Assembly: GCA_951406725.2 (NCBI GenBank)
Contig: OX597830.1
Coordinates: 28,520,001 to 28,584,000, forward strand
Length of the DNA stretch: 64,000 nucleotides
Direction of reading: 5' to 3'
Origin: Octopus vulgaris
Taxonomy: Eukaryota
Position numbers and translations under genes: made by a program
Notes under the pieces: model-generated
What the model saw: only the letters and a program-made list of their open reading frames with translations
What the model was told of the DNA's origin: nothing
The model's database searches: none
Shown: one piece after another, positions 58,982 to 64,000 of the stretch
Layout: every line of letters starts with the position of its first letter
Numbering within the stretch: the stretch's first letter is position 1

Positions 58982-59640
58982 ATATATGCATATATTCATG
59001 CTTGCATACAATCATTCAGCACACGCATGCGCACACGTGCTTACGTACACATGCATACGCATTTCGCGCTCTCCTATGCTCATGCGTGCATAAAAGCATT
59101 TGTATTCCTAGTTACATCATTTGTGAAGCTCGTTTCATGTGGCTATGACTGGAAAATCTCTGATTACAGTGCTCCACCAAATGGGCTGTCTGGTTACTAA
59201 ATGATAAAAATGGCAAATTCAGTACTACATTAAAGAGAACCTCGAGAAAATAATCAATTCAGCTTTGTATATTGAGACAGTACAAATGCATGAGACAAGT
59301 CAGTGGTTTGATTGACTGTGTTTAGAATTTCTAAGTACGAGTGCCAGAAGACCGATTGTGCGAGAAAGGTGAAGAGACCGAACGATTGCCAAGTTGCGGT
59401 CGAGGTGTGTTAGCGAAGTGTGTTAATGAGGGAAAAGTTTGAAGACATTTTCATCTGTAAACTTGCTTTGAATCGTCCTAGATATCTAATTACTGATATA
59501 TTGTAGGCCAAACTTGTATTTTATAGGAGGATGTAAGTTAACATACAGAATTAAAGTATTAAATACTAGAAATGTGAGCAGCAGAAAGTTATTGAATAAT
59601 AAAGCTTGGCACAGTTAGAAATAATTTTGAGAGATTTATC

Positions 59641-59835
59641 ATAGGCGTTGGAGTGGCTGTGTGGCAAGTAGCTTGCTTACGAACCACATGGTTCTGGGTT
59701 GAGTCCCATTGCGTGGCACTTTGGGCAAGTGTCTTCTACTATAGCCTCGGGCCGACCAAAGCTTTTTGAGTGGATTTGGTAGACGGAAACTGAAAGAAGC
59801 CCGTCGTATATATGTATATGTATACACACACACAT

Positions 59836-59881
<46 letters not shown>

Positions 59882-60113
59882 GTATGCATGTATATATGTA
59901 TGTGTGTGAATATGTTTGTGTGTCTGTGTTTGTCCCCGCCAAAATCGATGGCAACCGATGCTGGTGTGTTTACGTCCCTCGTAACTTAGTGGTTCGGCAA
60001 AAGAGACCGATAGAATAAGTACTAGGCTGACAAAGAATAAGTCCTGGGATCGATTTGCTCGACTAAAGGCGTTGCTCCAGCATGGCCACAGTCAAATGAC
60101 TGAAACAATTAAA
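59641..60113 (+). mobile_element. SINE family A, full length
   Basis: Complete head, internal microsatellite and tail. An isolated minus-strand tail also lies at about 60808-60860. Confidence 0.9.
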
Positions 60114-60229
60114 AGCGTATCACTCTTAAATAAAAATATAGTCAAATAACTTAAACTGATGCAATAATGCAGGTTATAAATTGTAGGGCAGACAATCTTT
60201 CTAAAACTCTTTGTAATGAGACATCTGAC

Positions 60230-60520
60230 TGGGAAGTCCAGATCTAAGAGATATATATAAAATATTGTAGACGCTAGAGTCCAATAATCGGCAAAATAGC
60301 TACACCGCATCTTGATAGACGTGCTCGAAAGTCGTGTTAATGTCAATCACAATAGCATTGCCTACGTCGAAGTTATGCATGGTAAAGGCAGAACTGCTGT
60401 GTGAGACATTCTAATCCTGTAGATTTTTCTCTGCGGGAAGTGAATTAGTTTTCAATATGACGGAGAGGGAATTAGAGACGATAAAAGAAGTGGTCCTTTA
60501 CGAAGGCTTCCATCATATTT
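60230..60520 (-). pseudogene. Highly decayed LINE RT fragment (CR1/L2/Jockey-like)
   Basis: AIVIDINTTFEHVYQD (60356-60309) resembles xLDISKAFDRVWH; upstream RREKST resembles GFRxxRST. Confidence 0.4.
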
Positions 60521-60613
60521 CTAATATTGGAAATGACTGAAAGGTGGTAGCTGGCAGGGTCAGTGGCAACACGATCCTCGAAAAAATGCTACGCTTTTGT
60601 TTCCATAGTCAGG

Positions 60614-60752
<139 letters not shown>

Positions 60753-60867
60753 AGTAGCTACCCCACTCTCCGTCGTTCAGTCTGTCTTCATTCATATATA
60801 TCATTTTATTCTTTTGTTTGTTTCAGTCATTTGATTGCGGCCCTGCTGGAGTACCGCCTTTAAATAA

Positions 60868-60951
<84 letters not shown>

Positions 60952-61870
60952 TATTGGTGAACGTGCTCCGCAGACACACTACTAGGAACTTACCTGAAAC
61001 AAGTTTTGAATATGTTATTTAAAGCCTACGGTCTAAACCTTAATTCCTTAATTTTCAATTCGAATCATATATATATATATATATATACACATATAATTTC
61101 AGGACGCTAACAGAATTGAATGGTGTAAGAGAATTAGAGTTGAGGCTAATAGGTTGGTCAGATTAAACCAGCGATCAAAATGTGCTCATGTCAATAGCAT
61201 TTTCACATTATTTTACACTTAATCAAAGAAAAAGTTGCAATCTAAGTGTCTCTTGCAGTGACCAGAATTTGCTTGATTTCATTATTAGCCTGAAAATATT
61301 TACTCAAATAGATTAGATATGCCACCAACTCTCACAAGGCACACCCATGACGAAACGTGTCTATTTCTTACCATCTTGTCTCTCTCTGTGCTTAGAAGTA
61401 CATTGTCCAAAATGTTCTAGTCTGAGGTATATTTGGCTCCTATTTCCAGCAAGTTAAGCGACTTTATGAACTTATAAGAATTTCTAATCTAAGGGCTATT
61501 ACAACTCGGCACATCACGCTAACTAAAGAAGGGGTTTGTACATAATTTTTCTATCCACAAGAAATAGCACCCAAACGTCCTCTTCACCACAAATTAGTTC
61601 GCATAGACGTTAGACGCAGCACATGTGTTTGGATTGCCTAAAGTATGTCATACAAGAACGAAAAAAACTTTATTCGAGCTAGATAATGCATTCACTCAAT
61701 CATGGCTAACAACATGAACTAAACGTATTTGTAATTCAACTATATACCTAATGTTTTAATCGTTGAGATTAATTTTCATTAGCATGTACGCTGGAAGCAA
61801 TAATCGTTATTTAAACATATTCCTGACACCGTTGTTCCTTGTACATGAATCCTTATATACTAGAAATAAT

Positions 61871-62053
61871 CCTTTCTACTATAAGGATACGGCCTGTAAT
61901 TTTGGGGTATGTTCTCAACTGCTACATATTTTATCGACCCCGAAAGGAAGAAAGATAAAGTGGACATCGTCAGAAATTCAACTCAAAATGTAAAAACGGA
62001 TGGAATGCCGCTAAGCTTTTTTCCTCGGCGTGTTAACGATCCTGCCAGCTCGT
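61871..62053 (-). mobile_element. SINE family B (tail type 2)
   Basis: cctttctactataagg...atcgaccccgaaagga...aacgatcctgccagctcg. Confidence 0.75.
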
Positions 62054-62133
62054 CAAAAAAAAAAAAAAGAAACAGTAAGAAACCCTTTATATCAAAACTA
62101 AGGGCCTGATAAAACAACAAAAAGAAATAATTT

Positions 62134-62281
62134 ATAGGCACAGGAGTGGTTGCGTGGTAAGTAGGTTCCTTAGCAACCATATGATACTGCGTGGCATCTT
62201 GGGCAACTGTCTTCTACTATAGACTCGGGCCGACCAAAGCCTTGTGAGTGGATTTGTTAGTCGGAAACTGAAAGAAGCCTG

Positions 62282-62328
<47 letters not shown>

Positions 62329-62557
62329 CATGTATGTGTGTTATATGTTTGTGTGTCTGTGTTTGTCCCCCACCCCCAACATCGCTTGACAACCGATGCT
62401 GGTGTATTTACGTCCCCGTAACTTAGCGGTTCGGCAAAAGAGAATGGTAGAATAAGTACTAGGCTTACAAAGAATAAGTCCTGGGGTCGATTTGCTCGAC
62501 TAAAAAGGCGGCACTCCAGTATATCCGCAGTCAAATGACTGAAACAAGTAAAAGAGA
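62134..62557 (+). mobile_element. SINE family A
   Basis: Head ataggcacaggagtgg through tail aaacaagtaaaagag. Confidence 0.88.
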
Positions 62558-63072
62558 GAGAAATGTGGTCTCAAGTCTATTGCGCCTGTGTAAACATTAT
62601 GACGAGTACGGACGGAACACTTGTTCTTATCAGAGATTTGCTCGATCATAGATACTTGGGGCAAAGTAAAACCAGCAACAACAACAAGAGTAAAGAACAA
62701 CAAAACATTAGATAGCTTTACAATAGAAATTCACATTTGAAGCTACTGTAAGCCCAGAAACAAACTTTTATTATCTATGTTATTGAAAAAAAAAGGGCTT
62801 TTCACCCGAAGTATAGTATAATTAAATGCTTAAGGGAAAGGTTATATCTTAGCTGTTATACATGTCTTTATGATTTAATATTTTCCCCCAACGCATTAAA
62901 ATGGATATCTAAATCACAGCTTTTAATAATCTGCACTGCTTCAAGCAAACTACAACTCTCCCTTAACCCCACTTTCTCTTTCAATATACATACATACACA
63001 CATACATGCACGCATAATACACACACACACATATATATATATATATTAATATCAATATATATATATTTATAT

Positions 63073-63130
<58 letters not shown>

Positions 63131-63603
63131 GCTTACAATTTCATACATGCCCAACGAATATCAAATTTTAGTATTAAGTTTTTTTTTTAAGCTATAAAAG
63201 TCGGGGTGCATGTGGATGAAAATAACACGGGGAGTAAATGTTGAAATAAATTTGCTGTTTAAATTGATATATAGATATTGATCAGGTCTTGAGTATGATG
63301 TCAAGTTTGTAACAATTCCAACAAGGGTGACATTACCGTAGAAGAACGAAAATAATATTGGTGAACATGAAATATATTTCCCCACTTGCTCACATTGTAT
63401 TTTTTTTTGAGAAAGTCAGAAATATATTTATTCATACGTACATAAATACATACATTCATACATACATACATACATGTATGCGTGTGTGTATGTGTGTATG
63501 ATGTGCCGGGTCCTTTGTTCACGTTAAGTGTAAACGTGGACAAAGATATACAGTATATATGTATGAATACACAAACACTTATCGCCACACAAATCGATGT
63601 AAG

Positions 63604-63648
<45 letters not shown>

Positions 63649-63693
63649 CTATATATACGAATATATATATATGTATCTATATATATGAATATA

Positions 63694-63734
<41 letters not shown>

Positions 63735-63821
63735 GTGTATATATATGTATATATGTACACACAAACACACACACACATTTATATATATATATATATACAT
63801 GTGCGTATATATATATACAAG

Positions 63822-63882
<61 letters not shown>

Positions 63883-64000
63883 TTAAATAAAGTACGTATG
63901 TATGGATTCATGCATACATGCATACATATATGAATTTTTCTATTTCGATGGATAGATATGTTGAGACTGGCTTGGAAGTATTTACATATCTACCGCTATT

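Overview
Eukaryotic, AT-rich, intergenic or intronic DNA saturated with (TA)n, (CA)n, (GATA)n and (AAT)n microsatellites. The repeat content strongly resembles an octopus/coleoid cephalopod genome (inference from pattern recognition, not a database search). I could not support any host protein-coding gene; most ORFs in the track are microsatellite or SINE translations. The one substantial ORF (about 23167-24813) is a 5'-truncated but uninterrupted Tx1/L1-clade LINE ORF2 inserted into a (CTAT)n array. The window also holds more than 25 copies or fragments of at least three tRNA-derived SINE families, two DD37D/maT-type transposase relics, an R4/Dong-like relic, two fold-back elements, and about nine intact or decayed hammerhead-ribozyme (HHR)-like motifs in non-coding, Penelope/retrozyme-like repeats. 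Most interesting: (i) a multi-copy non-coding retroelement whose minimal hammerhead has a non-canonical CUGUNGA core; (ii) a second HHR class with a long stem II and an ACAGCUGU palindrome; (iii) a SINE whose 3' tail matches the 3' end of the Tx1 LINE in this window, and which also occurs with an alternative tail.
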